A stretch of DNA of 64,000 bases, taken from contig OZ242010.1 in NCBI GenBank assembly GCA_965204745.1, positions 2,528,001 to 2,592,000 on the forward strand, written 5' to 3'. Every line of letters begins with the position of its first letter. The stretch's first letter is position 1. This document shows, one piece after another, positions 10,498 to 19,718 of the stretch. Made by a program: the position numbers and the translations under genes. The DNA is from Candidatus Latescibacterota bacterium. GTDB lineage: Bacteria > Latescibacterota > UBA2968. Below the pieces are notes generated by a model that saw nothing but the letters and a program-made list of their open reading frames with translations, had not been told where the DNA came from and did not search any database.

Positions 10498-10701
10498 GCG
10501 TAAATATTCGCGTGCGGATAAATCCGCATCTGGGGTTTGACTCGCACGTTGCTCGGCAAAAATGTTTTTCTCGTTTGAGTGGGATGTTATATTTTTTGGG
10601 TTCAATTCACCATTGATAATTTTACGAGAACCGCGATGCGTTTATTTCGAGGCAAGTTTCATTTTTTGGGGACCTATTTCCCTAAATCCCCTTGTATCTT
10701 T

Positions 10702-11055
10702 GGGCAGGCACGGAGGCACCGCCCCTACACCCAAAAAAGTGAGAAGGTAGAGGCAAGACGTGAGAAGGCCACCCCTCTCCCCTCTTGCGTCTCGCGTCTT
10801 CCGTCTTCGGGCGAGCACGAAGGCATCGCCCCTACACACGGCTCGCCTTTAAGCGAGTTGTACCCCTTTTGTGTTTTTGTGCCTTTTGTGCTTTTTGTGG
10901 CTCAAATCGCATCTTCCTCTTTTGCGTCTTTTGTGCCTTTTGTGGCTCAAATCGCATCTTCCTCTTTTGTGTCTTTTGTGCTTTTTGTGGCTCAAATCGC
11001 ATCTTTCTACGAGAAAGGGGGGAATCGGGTCTCCCCCCCTCGTTGCGGGGAGGGG
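10702..11055. repeat. Composite intergenic repeat cluster (two GTAG-type REPs, heptamer repeats, 3 x 45-bp tandem repeat, C/G-rich palindrome)
   Basis: Reverse complement GTAGGGGCGRTGCCTYCGTGCYYGCCC at ~10702 and ~10809; GTGGCTCAAATCGCATCTT at 10897, 10942, 10987. Confidence 0.8.
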
Positions 11056-12477
11056 TCATATTTTTTTGCCTTCCTTTTTCTCGTCGCCCTGTTGTGCATC
11101 CCCAAAGACGCGCCTGCCTCCGCGCCAGATAGTCTTTACAAACACGATCCCTACGATATATCCCAAGTTGGCGTTGTTGACAGCGCGGATGTTTTTGTCA
11201 CGCGAGTGACACCGGTGAAACATTTGTTGCGCTTGCCCCGGTATGCCTTGTTGTTGCTGGTCAATCCGGTGGAGAAATTTGCCATTTATGCAGAGCACGC
11301 AAAGCTATGGATGCGCTACTATAAATTTTTCACCAACAAAGCGGGTACGTTTGGTCTTTTTCCGCATGGGCAGTTGGGCGGCGAAACGGGTACGGGGATC
11401 GGGGTGCGTCTTTTTCACGCCAACTGGTTCGGCCATGAAAATACAATCGCGGCGCGCTATATCTATTCGGGGCGAAAAGGACAATTTGTCGAAGGGTTGT
11501 ACGTTGCGCCCGAGGTGTTGGGCAAGGGGCTCGTTTGGAAACTTTGGGGTGGCTATTTGCAAACGAGAAATCGCAGCGCAAATATCAACGGCGCGTTGAG
11601 GGGCAATGACGCGAGACTTTTTGAACTCGAGCAGGTCGAGATCGAGACCGCGATTGAATGGCGGTTGCGAGAGGGCGCGTTCGCGTCTTATGTGCCGCAG
11701 GTCAAATTGGCGGGCACGCTGGGGTTTGCGCGGCGCGATTTCAGGCCGGTGATGGGCGGATCGCAACCGCTGTCCGATCCGGGTTCATCGGCCCAAGCGC
11801 GCTTGCTCAAGGGGATGGGCAAGGCGTTCAACTTTTACCGGGTTGGGCTTCAGGTGGTGTATGACGACCGCGATTTTAAGCGGCCGACGCGCCGGCTTTC
11901 CCTGCCGGTCGATTACCGATACCCCGGCCGCATGGTCGCGCAATTTGGCGATCAATTTTACTTTGCACGCGATACCGGGTATCCCGAACGCGGTGGCTTT
12001 GTCGCGTTGGAAGGAAGCGTGGCGATAGGGCCGGATCACATTGGGTTTTATCAGATTCGCGCAGAGGTTGCCCGCTATGTCACGCTGTTTTGGAAGAACC
12101 GAATTTTGGCCCTGCACGCCCGGTTGGATAAGGTGCGGTCATTGGGAGATGGCTTTGTGCCCTATACCGAGTTGATTCAGTTGGGCGGCAACCAATCGGC
12201 ACGCGGGTACAGACGCGGTTATTTTCGCGGGCAAGGTGCTTTGGAATTTAACGCCGAGTATCGGTATCCGATCTGGGATTATTGGAATGCGTTTTTGTTT
12301 TGGGACGAGGGACAGATTTTCGATCATTTTGGCGCGTTGCGCTGGGGCGGTTTCCATTCTTCTTATGGCGGCGGCATTGCATTTCGCACCGAGCTCGGCC
12401 TGCTCGCCAAAGTCAAAATCGGCCGTAGCACTGTCGAGCGTCTTCTCATCGGCTTTACGCTACGCCAAGCGTTTTAA
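10987..12477 (+). CDS. Omp85/BamA-TamA-family outer-membrane beta-barrel without obvious POTRA domains (start uncertain; frame open from 10579)
   Basis: Signal-like h-region FFAFLFLVALLCI..APA; LGGNQSARGYRRGYFRG resembling the Omp85 loop-6 motif; NAEYRYPIW; C-terminal Phe. Confidence 0.75.
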   Translation: MAQIASFYEKGGNRVSPPRCGEGSYFFAFLFLVALLCIPKDAPASAPDSLYKHDPYDISQVGVVDSADVFVTRVTPVKHLLRLPRYALLLLVNPVEKFAIYAEHAKLWMRYYKFFTNKAGTFGLFPHGQLGGETGTGIGVRLFHANWFGHENTIAARYIYSGRKGQFVEGLYVAPEVLGKGLVWKLWGGYLQTRNRSANINGALRGNDARLFELEQVEIETAIEWRLREGAFASYVPQVKLAGTLGFARRDFRPVMGGSQPLSDPGSSAQARLLKGMGKAFNFYRVGLQVVYDDRDFKRPTRRLSLPVDYRYPGRMVAQFGDQFYFARDTGYPERGGFVALEGSVAIGPDHIGFYQIRAEVARYVTLFWKNRILALHARLDKVRSLGDGFVPYTELIQLGGNQSARGYRRGYFRGQGALEFNAEYRYPIWDYWNAFLFWDEGQIFDHFGALRWGGFHSSYGGGIAFRTELGLLAKVKIGRSTVERLLIGFTLRQAF

Positions 12478-12488
12478 GGCCGAGGGAT

Positions 12489-12707
12489 AGCCACAATAGC
12501 CACAAAAGGCACGAGCGGGGTACAACTGGCGACAGCCAGTTCAAAACACAAAAGGGGTACAACTGGCGATAGTCAGTTCAAAGGTGAGCGATATGTGCAG
12601 GGGCGATGCCCTCGCGCAAAGCCATCAGAACAGTTCTTGATATAAGCCATCAAAGAAGCACTGCTCCCCCTTTCCTTGCAGGAAAGGGGGCCGGGGGGAT
12701 AGGTCCC
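12489..12707. repeat. Composite repeat cluster (GCCACAAAAGGCAC repeat, two hairpin micro-inserts, partial REP, C/G palindrome unit)
   Basis: GAGCGGGGTACAACTGGCGACAGCCAGTTC 12513-12542; CCCCCTTTCCTTGCAGGAAAGGGGG palindrome ~12666-12690. Confidence 0.8.
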
Positions 12708-14798
12708 ATGAACGACGCACAACAACCCATAAACGCCCTGCCCAAGGGGTATCGGCTCCAGGAATACGAACTGGTGCGCGTGCTCGGGTTTGGGGGATTC
12801 GGCATGACGTATTTGGGCTATGACCACAACTTGGACAAACCCGTGGCGATCAAGGAATACCTGCCTTCGGATATCGCCATCCGGACAAGCGACAACAGCG
12901 TCATGCCGCAGGCGAGCGAGTTTCAAGGCGATTTTGCGTGGGGTCTGGATCGCTTTTTGGACGAAGCGCGCACCTTAGCCCGATTTGACCATCGCCATCT
13001 CGTCAAGGTGCATCGCTTTTTTGAAGAACACAACACCGCGTATATCGTGATGGAATACGCCGAGGGCGAGACTTTGTCGGCGTATCTCAACCGCAAAGGG
13101 GTGCTGACCGAATCAGAACTCAAGGCGATTCTGAATCCGATTCTCGACGGCTTGGCGGCGGTGCATCGTGCGGATTTTCTGCATCGGGACATCAAACCTG
13201 GCAACATCGTCATTCGCGCCGAGGATCGCTCGCCCGTGTTGATCGACTTTGGCGCGGCGCGTCAAGCGGTGGGGGCGATGAGCCGTTCGGTAACAGCCGT
13301 CGTGACCCCGGGCTACGCGCCGCGAGAGCAGTATTCGACCCGTGGCAATCAGGGTCCTTGGACGGACATTTATGCGCTGGGGTGCGTGTGCTATCGCGCA
13401 TTGACCAATGATGTACCCCATGATGCGGTGGATCGGATGATCGACGATCCGCTGATTCCGGTTTCGGATCGGTGCAAGGGCCGTGCGAGCCACCAATTTC
13501 TCGCCGCTATCGATCACGCACTACAAGTAGATGAGACTGCCCGTCCGCAAAGTGTGTCCGAATGGCGCGCCGAGTTAGGCGACACGCCTGTTGATGTTCC
13601 GCCGCCGGAAATCTCGCCACCGCCCGATGTTGAGCGTCCTGAGCCGGAGCGTGTTCAAGGTGCTGTGCCGAATAAGAAACGTCTGGGAGATCGCCTGATA
13701 TGGATCGTCGTGGGCGTGGTTGTGCTCGTGTTTATGGTCCTTGCAATTTCTGATTACGTCGAGAGGCAACGCCGAGCAGAAGAGATTGCACGCCAAGAGG
13801 AGATTGCGCGCCAAGAAGAATTAGCACGCAGAAGGACTGAAGAAGCAAGAAAGGCAGAGGAAGCACGCCAAGCAGAGATTGCACGCCAAGAGGAAATTGC
13901 GCGCCAAGAAGAATTAGCACGCAGAAGGACTGAAGAAGCAAGAAAGGCAGAGGAAGCACGCCAAGAGGAAATTGCGCGCCAAGAAGAATTAGCACGCAGA
14001 AGGGTAGAGGTACAGGCAGAGGTGGGTAAGTCAATTGAAGACCTCATCACCACAGGATTGAGGTATCCAGAGGGCATCGCGCTGGATGTGGGGCGCGGAA
14101 AGATGTACTGGACGGGCACTGGCACGATTCAGCGTGCTAACCTTGATGGCTCGAGTGTCGAAAACCTCATCACCAGAGAATTGAGCTTTCCATGTGGCAT
14201 CGCGCTGGATGTGGGGCGCGGAAAGATGTACTGGACGGACTCGGTCACAGCTAAGATTCGGCGTGCCAACCTCGATGGGTCGAATGTCGAAGACCTCATC
14301 ACCACAGGATTGAGGTATCCAGAGGGCATCGCGCTGGATGTGGAACGCGGAAAGATGTACTGGACAGACAGGAGCACGGATAAGATTCAGCGTGCCAACC
14401 TTGATGGCTCGAATGTCGAAGACCTCATCACCAGAGGATTGAGTAGGCCAAATGGCATAGCACTAGATGTGGGGCGCGGAAAGATGTACTGGATGGACAC
14501 TTACACGAATAAGATTCAGCGTGCCAACCTCGATGGCTCAAATGTCGAAGACCTCATCACCACAGGATTGAGTGAGCCAAGTGGCATCGCGCTAGATGTG
14601 GGGCGCGGAAAGATGTACTGGACAGACAGGAGCACGGATAAGATTCAGCGTGCCAACCTCAATGGCTCGAATGTCGCAGACCTCATCACCACAGGATTGA
14701 GGACGCCACTTGGCATCGCGCTGGATGTGGAACGCGGAGTGATGTACTGGACGGACTATGACACGAATAAGATTCAGCGTGCCAATATACCCCGCTAA
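12708..14798 (+). CDS. Membrane Hanks-type Ser/Thr kinase with coiled-coil stalk and six YWTD (LDL-receptor class B) repeats
   Basis: LGFGGFG, VAIKE, HRDIKPGN, DFG, TPGYAPRE, DIYALG; TM LIWIVVGVVVLVFMVLAI; 6 x GIALDV-GKMYWTD-KIQRANLDG. Confidence 0.92.
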   Translation: MNDAQQPINALPKGYRLQEYELVRVLGFGGFGMTYLGYDHNLDKPVAIKEYLPSDIAIRTSDNSVMPQASEFQGDFAWGLDRFLDEARTLARFDHRHLVKVHRFFEEHNTAYIVMEYAEGETLSAYLNRKGVLTESELKAILNPILDGLAAVHRADFLHRDIKPGNIVIRAEDRSPVLIDFGAARQAVGAMSRSVTAVVTPGYAPREQYSTRGNQGPWTDIYALGCVCYRALTNDVPHDAVDRMIDDPLIPVSDRCKGRASHQFLAAIDHALQVDETARPQSVSEWRAELGDTPVDVPPPEISPPPDVERPEPERVQGAVPNKKRLGDRLIWIVVGVVVLVFMVLAISDYVERQRRAEEIARQEEIARQEELARRRTEEARKAEEARQAEIARQEEIARQEELARRRTEEARKAEEARQEEIARQEELARRRVEVQAEVGKSIEDLITTGLRYPEGIALDVGRGKMYWTGTGTIQRANLDGSSVENLITRELSFPCGIALDVGRGKMYWTDSVTAKIRRANLDGSNVEDLITTGLRYPEGIALDVERGKMYWTDRSTDKIQRANLDGSNVEDLITRGLSRPNGIALDVGRGKMYWMDTYTNKIQRANLDGSNVEDLITTGLSEPSGIALDVGRGKMYWTDRSTDKIQRANLNGSNVADLITTGLRTPLGIALDVERGVMYWTDYDTNKIQRANIPR

Positions 14799-14986
14799 CG
14801 GGGAATGAAGATGGGTTTTGCGAGAGGGAATGTGACGGGTTTTAATCGCATGATGCGCTGGCTCAAAGCCATAAAAACAGCTCTTGTTCTCATCCATCAA
14901 GCAAGCTATGCTCCCCCTTTCCTCGTAGGCACAGGCGTAGCCTACAATGAGCGAAGCGAATAACGGGGCCGGGGGGATAGGTCCAC
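14799..14986. repeat. ~175-bp BIME-like unit carrying a 35-nt hairpin insert
   Basis: Homologous to 12616-12707 and to the reverse complement of 52107-52546. Confidence 0.75.
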
Positions 14987-15016
14987 ATGGGTATCGGCTT
15001 AAGAAAGAAACTGATC

Positions 15017-16324
15017 ATGTCAAACCCCTTCAAACAGATGATGGATATTCGCCGATCTGAAGCACCGCTGGCGGTGTTGATGTTCGGCTATTTTTTTTTG
15101 GTGATTGCGAGTTTCTGGATTCTGAAGCCGCTGAAAAAAGGGCTTTTTATCGCGTTTTACGATGCGGTTGGTTTCCACGCTTTGGGCATGCAGTTGACCG
15201 CGGCACAAGCCGAATTGATCGCCAAAGTTTTGAATATGGCGGTCGCGTTTCTGGCGGTGTCGGTTTTTACCCTGCTCGTGCGGTCATTTCAGCGGCAGCA
15301 GTTGACGTATCTCTTTTCCGCGTTTTTCGGCGTTTGCTACGCGATCTACGCAACGATGCTCGGCAGTGTGGGGCCTTGGACCGCGTGGACATTTTATCTG
15401 TTCGGCGATTTGTACAGCACCTTGATGGTGGCGACGTTTTTTGCGTTTTTGAACGACAGCGTGGCGCCGGATGCGGCCAAACGCCTGTACGGGCTGATCG
15501 GCTTGGGCGGGGTGAGTGGGGGATGGTTTGGGTCGGAAGTTCTACAAGCTCTGATCGATGATTTGAGCGCGTCCGACTGGATGTGGGTTTGCTTGGGCAT
15601 CGGCGTTGTGATCGCCGCCCTTGCAAGCGCGGCCGGGCACTTGGTCACGCGGCAGTTGCCAGCGGTCAAATCGGCATCCAAAGAAGAATTGCCGCCCGGC
15701 AATCCAGCACTGGAAGGCGCGCGCTTGGTCTTTCGGTCAAAATATCTTTTGTCAATTGTGGCGATAGTGGGCATTTATGAAATGGTCTCGACCATTATGG
15801 ACTTCCAGTTTTCTGCAACGGTTGCCCACTACCTCGAAGGCGATGCGATAGGAAAGCAATTTGTACGTGTTTTTGCGTTCACCAATCGGTTTGCGTTTGT
15901 CGTGCAAATCGCGCTGACTAGCTTTGTGATGACGCGGTTTGGGGTCGGCAGGGCGCTGATGTTTTTGCCGGTTGCCGCGCTGTGCGGTTCTGCGGCGTTT
16001 CTGTGTTTTCCCGTGTTGTGGGTCGGCAGCGCGCTGAATACGTGTGACAATGGGTTTGGCTACTCGATCAACCAATCGGCAAAAGAGGTGCTTTACGTGC
16101 CCACGACCCGCGACGAAAAGTACAAGGCCAAAGCCTTTATCGACATGTTTGTCCAGCGGTTTGCCAAGGCCGTGGGTGTGGGCCTGAGTTTGGGCATTAC
16201 GCTGGTGTTCACGGGCTTTGCGAGTATGCGGTGGTTGTCGTTGATCAGCGCGGGGTTGCTCGCGGTGTGGCTTTTGGCCGTGCGGTACGTGGGGCGTTCT
16301 TTCCAGCGTTTGGAATCTCAATGA
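15017..16324 (+). CDS. NTT (TLC/Npt1-like, MFS fold) nucleotide-transporter family protein, stand-alone
   Basis: ~12 TM; ILKPLK, AKRLYGLIGLGG, YSINQSAKEVLYVP, KYKAKAFIDMFVQRFAKA; alternative ATG at 14987. Confidence 0.85.
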   Translation: MSNPFKQMMDIRRSEAPLAVLMFGYFFLVIASFWILKPLKKGLFIAFYDAVGFHALGMQLTAAQAELIAKVLNMAVAFLAVSVFTLLVRSFQRQQLTYLFSAFFGVCYAIYATMLGSVGPWTAWTFYLFGDLYSTLMVATFFAFLNDSVAPDAAKRLYGLIGLGGVSGGWFGSEVLQALIDDLSASDWMWVCLGIGVVIAALASAAGHLVTRQLPAVKSASKEELPPGNPALEGARLVFRSKYLLSIVAIVGIYEMVSTIMDFQFSATVAHYLEGDAIGKQFVRVFAFTNRFAFVVQIALTSFVMTRFGVGRALMFLPVAALCGSAAFLCFPVLWVGSALNTCDNGFGYSINQSAKEVLYVPTTRDEKYKAKAFIDMFVQRFAKAVGVGLSLGITLVFTGFASMRWLSLISAGLLAVWLLAVRYVGRSFQRLESQ

Positions 16325-16336
16325 TCGATTCTTTTT

Positions 16337-19063
16337 ATGTGGAACAAAATCATCGACATTCGGCCGGGAGAGTTGCGGCGGTTGATGCCACTCGTGATGG
16401 CCTACGCGCTCATCTTGGCGTCTATCTACGTGCTCAAGCCCGCGCGCAACGCCCTGTTTTTGGACCAACTGGGCATCGCACAACTGCCTTATGTGTTGAT
16501 TCTCGTGGCGCTGATCGGCGGGGGCATTTCGAGTTTGTATTCCAAATTGATGGGCGACATGCGGCTCAATCGCCTGATACCGGGCACCTTTGTCGCGCTG
16601 ATCGTTCACTTGGCGATTTTTCGGTACGCGTTCACGGTTTCCGGAAGTTGGATTTACTACTCGTTTTACATCTGGGTCACAATTTACGGGGTGCTCGCGG
16701 TGTCCTTGCTCTGGCTGCTGGCAAATGCCGCGTTTAATGCGCGGGAGGCGCGGCGGCTTTTTGGGTTTATCGGCACGGGCGGCATTGCCGGGTCCGTGTT
16801 GGGAGGCTCGTTCACGGGATGGGCCGCCAACGATCTGGGCACGGAGAATTTGTTGCTGGTCAGCGCGGGGTTGCTCGCGGCGAGTACCGCGCTGGTTTGC
16901 ACAGTGCCTGTGGGAAGCCTGTCTGCGAAAGCGTCGACAGAAGGGGGCGCGTTGCGAGCGGTGATGTCGTCGGCACTGCTTACGCGCATCGCGGGCATGG
17001 GCGCGTTGGTCGCGGTTGTCGCGGTTGTGGCAGACATTCAGTTTAATGAGATCGTGGATGCGGCGTTTGAGAGCAAGGACGAGAAAGCCGCGTTTTTCGG
17101 CAGTTTTTTTGCCTATCTCAATGGGTTTTCCTTTGTGTTTCAACTCCTCGTGACCCCGTGGGTTCTCAAGCGATTGGGGGTTGGTTGCGCGCTGTTTTTT
17201 TTGCCGGTGAGCATGGCCCTCGGCGCGGTGGGCGTGCTGTTGATGGCGGGCTTATGGGGCGGGGTCGCGGTGAAGGTCGGGGATGTCGGGTTTCGCCATT
17301 CCATCCACAAGGCCGTGGTCGAAGTCCTGTTTTTGCCGGTGCCGGCTGAACTGAAAAAGCGGTCCAAGGTGTTTATCGACACGACGGTCGACAATTTGGC
17401 GACCGGCGTGGGCGCGCTGTCCGTCCTGATTTTGCAGGCTGGGTTCGGCGTGTTGTATCCCCATCTGTCGTTTTTGTCGTTGGGGCTCATCGCGGTGTGG
17501 CTTTGGCAGTTGGTCGGGTTGCAACGGGCGTATGTAGATGCGTTTCGGCACGCGCTCGACCGCAGGGAAATTTGGGGTGATGATTTTCGCATGCAACCCG
17601 ACGGGGCGATGATTGCGGTGTTGCTTCAGGCATTGAAGTCCGAAAATCCCCGGCAGGTGGCGTACGCGCTGGCGTTGTTGGGCACGGCGGACGAGGATTT
17701 GACCGGGGCCGTCGCGCCATTGCTTCAACACGCGGATGCCGAGGTGCGGCGGTTGGCAGTGATGGCGATGCGGCCCTCCCCGCATGTGAATTTACAACCC
17801 TTGGTGCGCGGGTTGTTGCGCGATGAAAACACGGATGTGCGCGTAGAGGCATTGCATTTTCTGCGCCGTCAATCCCTGTCCGCGGATTTGGATGCGTTGC
17901 GGCGCGATTTGCGAGACGACGATCCCAAAATCCGCACAGCCGCGCTGGGATATATTTCCCGGTATGGCAAGGCCCGGGAAAAGGCATTGATCGACGAGGC
18001 ATTTGTGACCTCCGTCCTTTGTTCGGACGTGCGCGAGGAGCGCGTGGCATTGGTGCGGGTGATCGGCGGCATGGGGGAGTTGGAGGCGTTTCTATTCGCG
18101 CTGATGCACGACTCAGACGCCGAAGTGGTGCGGGAAGTGATTCGCAGTTTTGACAATCGTAGCCCGGAGTACACGGCTTGGTTGCTCGACCGCTTGGCAG
18201 AGCCGCGCTATCGCCTGGACGCGCGCAATGCCCTTGGGAGAATGGGAGAAGATGCCTTGCCCGCGCTTGAGACCGCCTGGGATTCGCCGCACACCTCGCC
18301 GCGCCTGCGGTTGCAAATCCCCCGGGTCATTGCCGAGATTCCCTCGCAACTGTCTGTCGATTTTCTGTTGGACGAGTTGAAAAACGCAACGGAACATTTG
18401 TCGGAGTTGTCAGTCGCTTCCGACGATAGCCTCGCGCTGATTCAGGCGGTGTACAAATTGCAGGCGTCGTTCCCGGACCTGCATTGCGATGCAGAGCGCG
18501 TGGACCGCATTGTGATGGCGCAGGCCGAGGCGTATTACGAGATGACGCGGTTGTTGCAAATTTTTGAACCGGCGCAGGGCCAAGACTTTGCATTGCTCAA
18601 GCGGGCGTTGCGGGAATACCGCGATGAGACACTGGAGCAAATTTTTCTGTTGCTGGGGCTTCGGTATTCGGCCGAGGATATGCACCGCACCTATTTGGGC
18701 ATTGCGAGTTCTGACGAGACAAAGCGCGCAAATGCGTTGGAGTTTTTGGACAATGTGCTCGACCGGCACCACGAGTGGAAGGCGATTTTGCCCGCGCTGA
18801 TCGACGCCGATGCAGTGGAAGCTGCCCTGTCTTATGGGCGAAAATTTTTTGCCGATAGCCTGCGGACGCACGAGGATGGGATGTCGTATTTGATCGATGG
18901 CGATGATCTCTGGCTCAAAGCCTGCGCCCTCAACTGTGTGGATACCGACGATTCCCCCGCGCTGATTTCCCGCGTCCATACCTGCCGCACCCATGCACAT
19001 CCCCTGATCGCCGAGACCGCGGCGCACGTAGTTGAGCGGCTTGGGGGGATGAGCGGGGACTGA
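16337..19063 (+). CDS. NTT-family transporter fused to HEAT repeats
   Basis: VLKPARNALF, REARRLFGFIGTGG, EVLFLPVP...KVFID; then HEAT-like LLQHADAEVRRLA, LRDENTDVRVEAL, RANALEFLDNVL. Confidence 0.87.
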   Translation: MWNKIIDIRPGELRRLMPLVMAYALILASIYVLKPARNALFLDQLGIAQLPYVLILVALIGGGISSLYSKLMGDMRLNRLIPGTFVALIVHLAIFRYAFTVSGSWIYYSFYIWVTIYGVLAVSLLWLLANAAFNAREARRLFGFIGTGGIAGSVLGGSFTGWAANDLGTENLLLVSAGLLAASTALVCTVPVGSLSAKASTEGGALRAVMSSALLTRIAGMGALVAVVAVVADIQFNEIVDAAFESKDEKAAFFGSFFAYLNGFSFVFQLLVTPWVLKRLGVGCALFFLPVSMALGAVGVLLMAGLWGGVAVKVGDVGFRHSIHKAVVEVLFLPVPAELKKRSKVFIDTTVDNLATGVGALSVLILQAGFGVLYPHLSFLSLGLIAVWLWQLVGLQRAYVDAFRHALDRREIWGDDFRMQPDGAMIAVLLQALKSENPRQVAYALALLGTADEDLTGAVAPLLQHADAEVRRLAVMAMRPSPHVNLQPLVRGLLRDENTDVRVEALHFLRRQSLSADLDALRRDLRDDDPKIRTAALGYISRYGKAREKALIDEAFVTSVLCSDVREERVALVRVIGGMGELEAFLFALMHDSDAEVVREVIRSFDNRSPEYTAWLLDRLAEPRYRLDARNALGRMGEDALPALETAWDSPHTSPRLRLQIPRVIAEIPSQLSVDFLLDELKNATEHLSELSVASDDSLALIQAVYKLQASFPDLHCDAERVDRIVMAQAEAYYEMTRLLQIFEPAQGQDFALLKRALREYRDETLEQIFLLLGLRYSAEDMHRTYLGIASSDETKRANALEFLDNVLDRHHEWKAILPALIDADAVEAALSYGRKFFADSLRTHEDGMSYLIDGDDLWLKACALNCVDTDDSPALISRVHTCRTHAHPLIAETAAHVVERLGGMSGD

Positions 19064-19240
19064 CCACTGACCTACGATTGCCGTTCATCCGCCTCTCACC
19101 TGTGTCTCGCCCCTACACACGGCTCGCGTTTGAATGGGCTGTCGCCAGTTGTACCCCTTTTGTGCCTTTGAACTGGCTATCGCCAGTTGTACCCCGCTCG
19201 TGCCTTTTGTGGCTAACCCTCTTGCCTCTCACCTCTCATT
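19064..19240. repeat. Composite repeat cluster (partial REP, two micro-inserts, TTTTGTGGCT, heptamers)
   Basis: Near reverse complement of 12489-12600; GAACTGGCTATCGCCAGTTGTACCCCGCTC 19170-19199. Confidence 0.8.
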
Positions 19241-19250
19241 GAATACCGTT

Positions 19251-19673
19251 ATGTTGACCGCGATTGAAAAAGTGATGGCCTTGCAAAATGTGGATGTGTT
19301 TTCCGAAGTCTCCACGCAACACCTGGCGCGTTTGGCCGCGATTGCAGAAGAGATGTCTTGCAACGCGGGGGATGTGCTGTATCGAGAGGGGGACCCGCCC
19401 CGCGCGATGTATCTGATTTTGGAGGGCAGGGTTCGGTTGCACCGCGGCGATCTCGATGTGACGATAGCAGGGCCGGATGATGTGTTTGGCACATGGGCGC
19501 TGTTTGACGACGAGCCGTGCGTGGCAACCGCGACTGTGCTGGAGCCGAGCCGGGTGTTGTGTATTGAACGCGACAATTTTATTGATTTGTTGGCGGATTA
19601 TGTGCAGATTACGCAGGGCGTTTTACGCATGATGGCGAAGCGTTTGCGCGGTTTGGTCGCCCGCGTTCAATAA
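19251..19673 (+). CDS. Stand-alone cyclic-nucleotide-binding domain protein
   Basis: MLTAIEKV...LYREGD...MYLILEGRV...FGTWALFDDEP; no HTH; canonical Glu/Arg of the phosphate cassette appear altered. Confidence 0.85.
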   Translation: MLTAIEKVMALQNVDVFSEVSTQHLARLAAIAEEMSCNAGDVLYREGDPPRAMYLILEGRVRLHRGDLDVTIAGPDDVFGTWALFDDEPCVATATVLEPSRVLCIERDNFIDLLADYVQITQGVLRMMAKRLRGLVARVQ

Positions 19674-19680
19674 CGGATAT

Positions 19681-19704
19681 GCCCCGATCTTTGGGGCTTT
19701 TTTT
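19681..19704 (+). terminator. Intrinsic terminator after cNMP-binding gene
   Basis: GCCCCGA-TCT-TTGGGGC plus T7. Confidence 0.65.
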
Positions 19705-19718
19705 GTTTTGGAGATGGC

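Noticed and set aside
10862-11007. Possible CRISPR array (also 51871-52040 and 52107-52546)
   Set aside because: Intervening segments are near-identical rather than unique spacers, there are only 2-3 units, and no cas genes are present.
12606-12707. Extended N-termini in the ORF track (12606, 19134, 50480, 24425, 36115, 1901, 7114, 7361)
   Set aside because: They run through repeats or upstream DNA; downstream starts have better SD or signal-peptide context.
14037-14790. Diversity-generating retroelement explanation for YWTD or GLUG variability
   Set aside because: No reverse transcriptase or non-coding template repeat in the window; changes include indels and are not visibly adenine-restricted.
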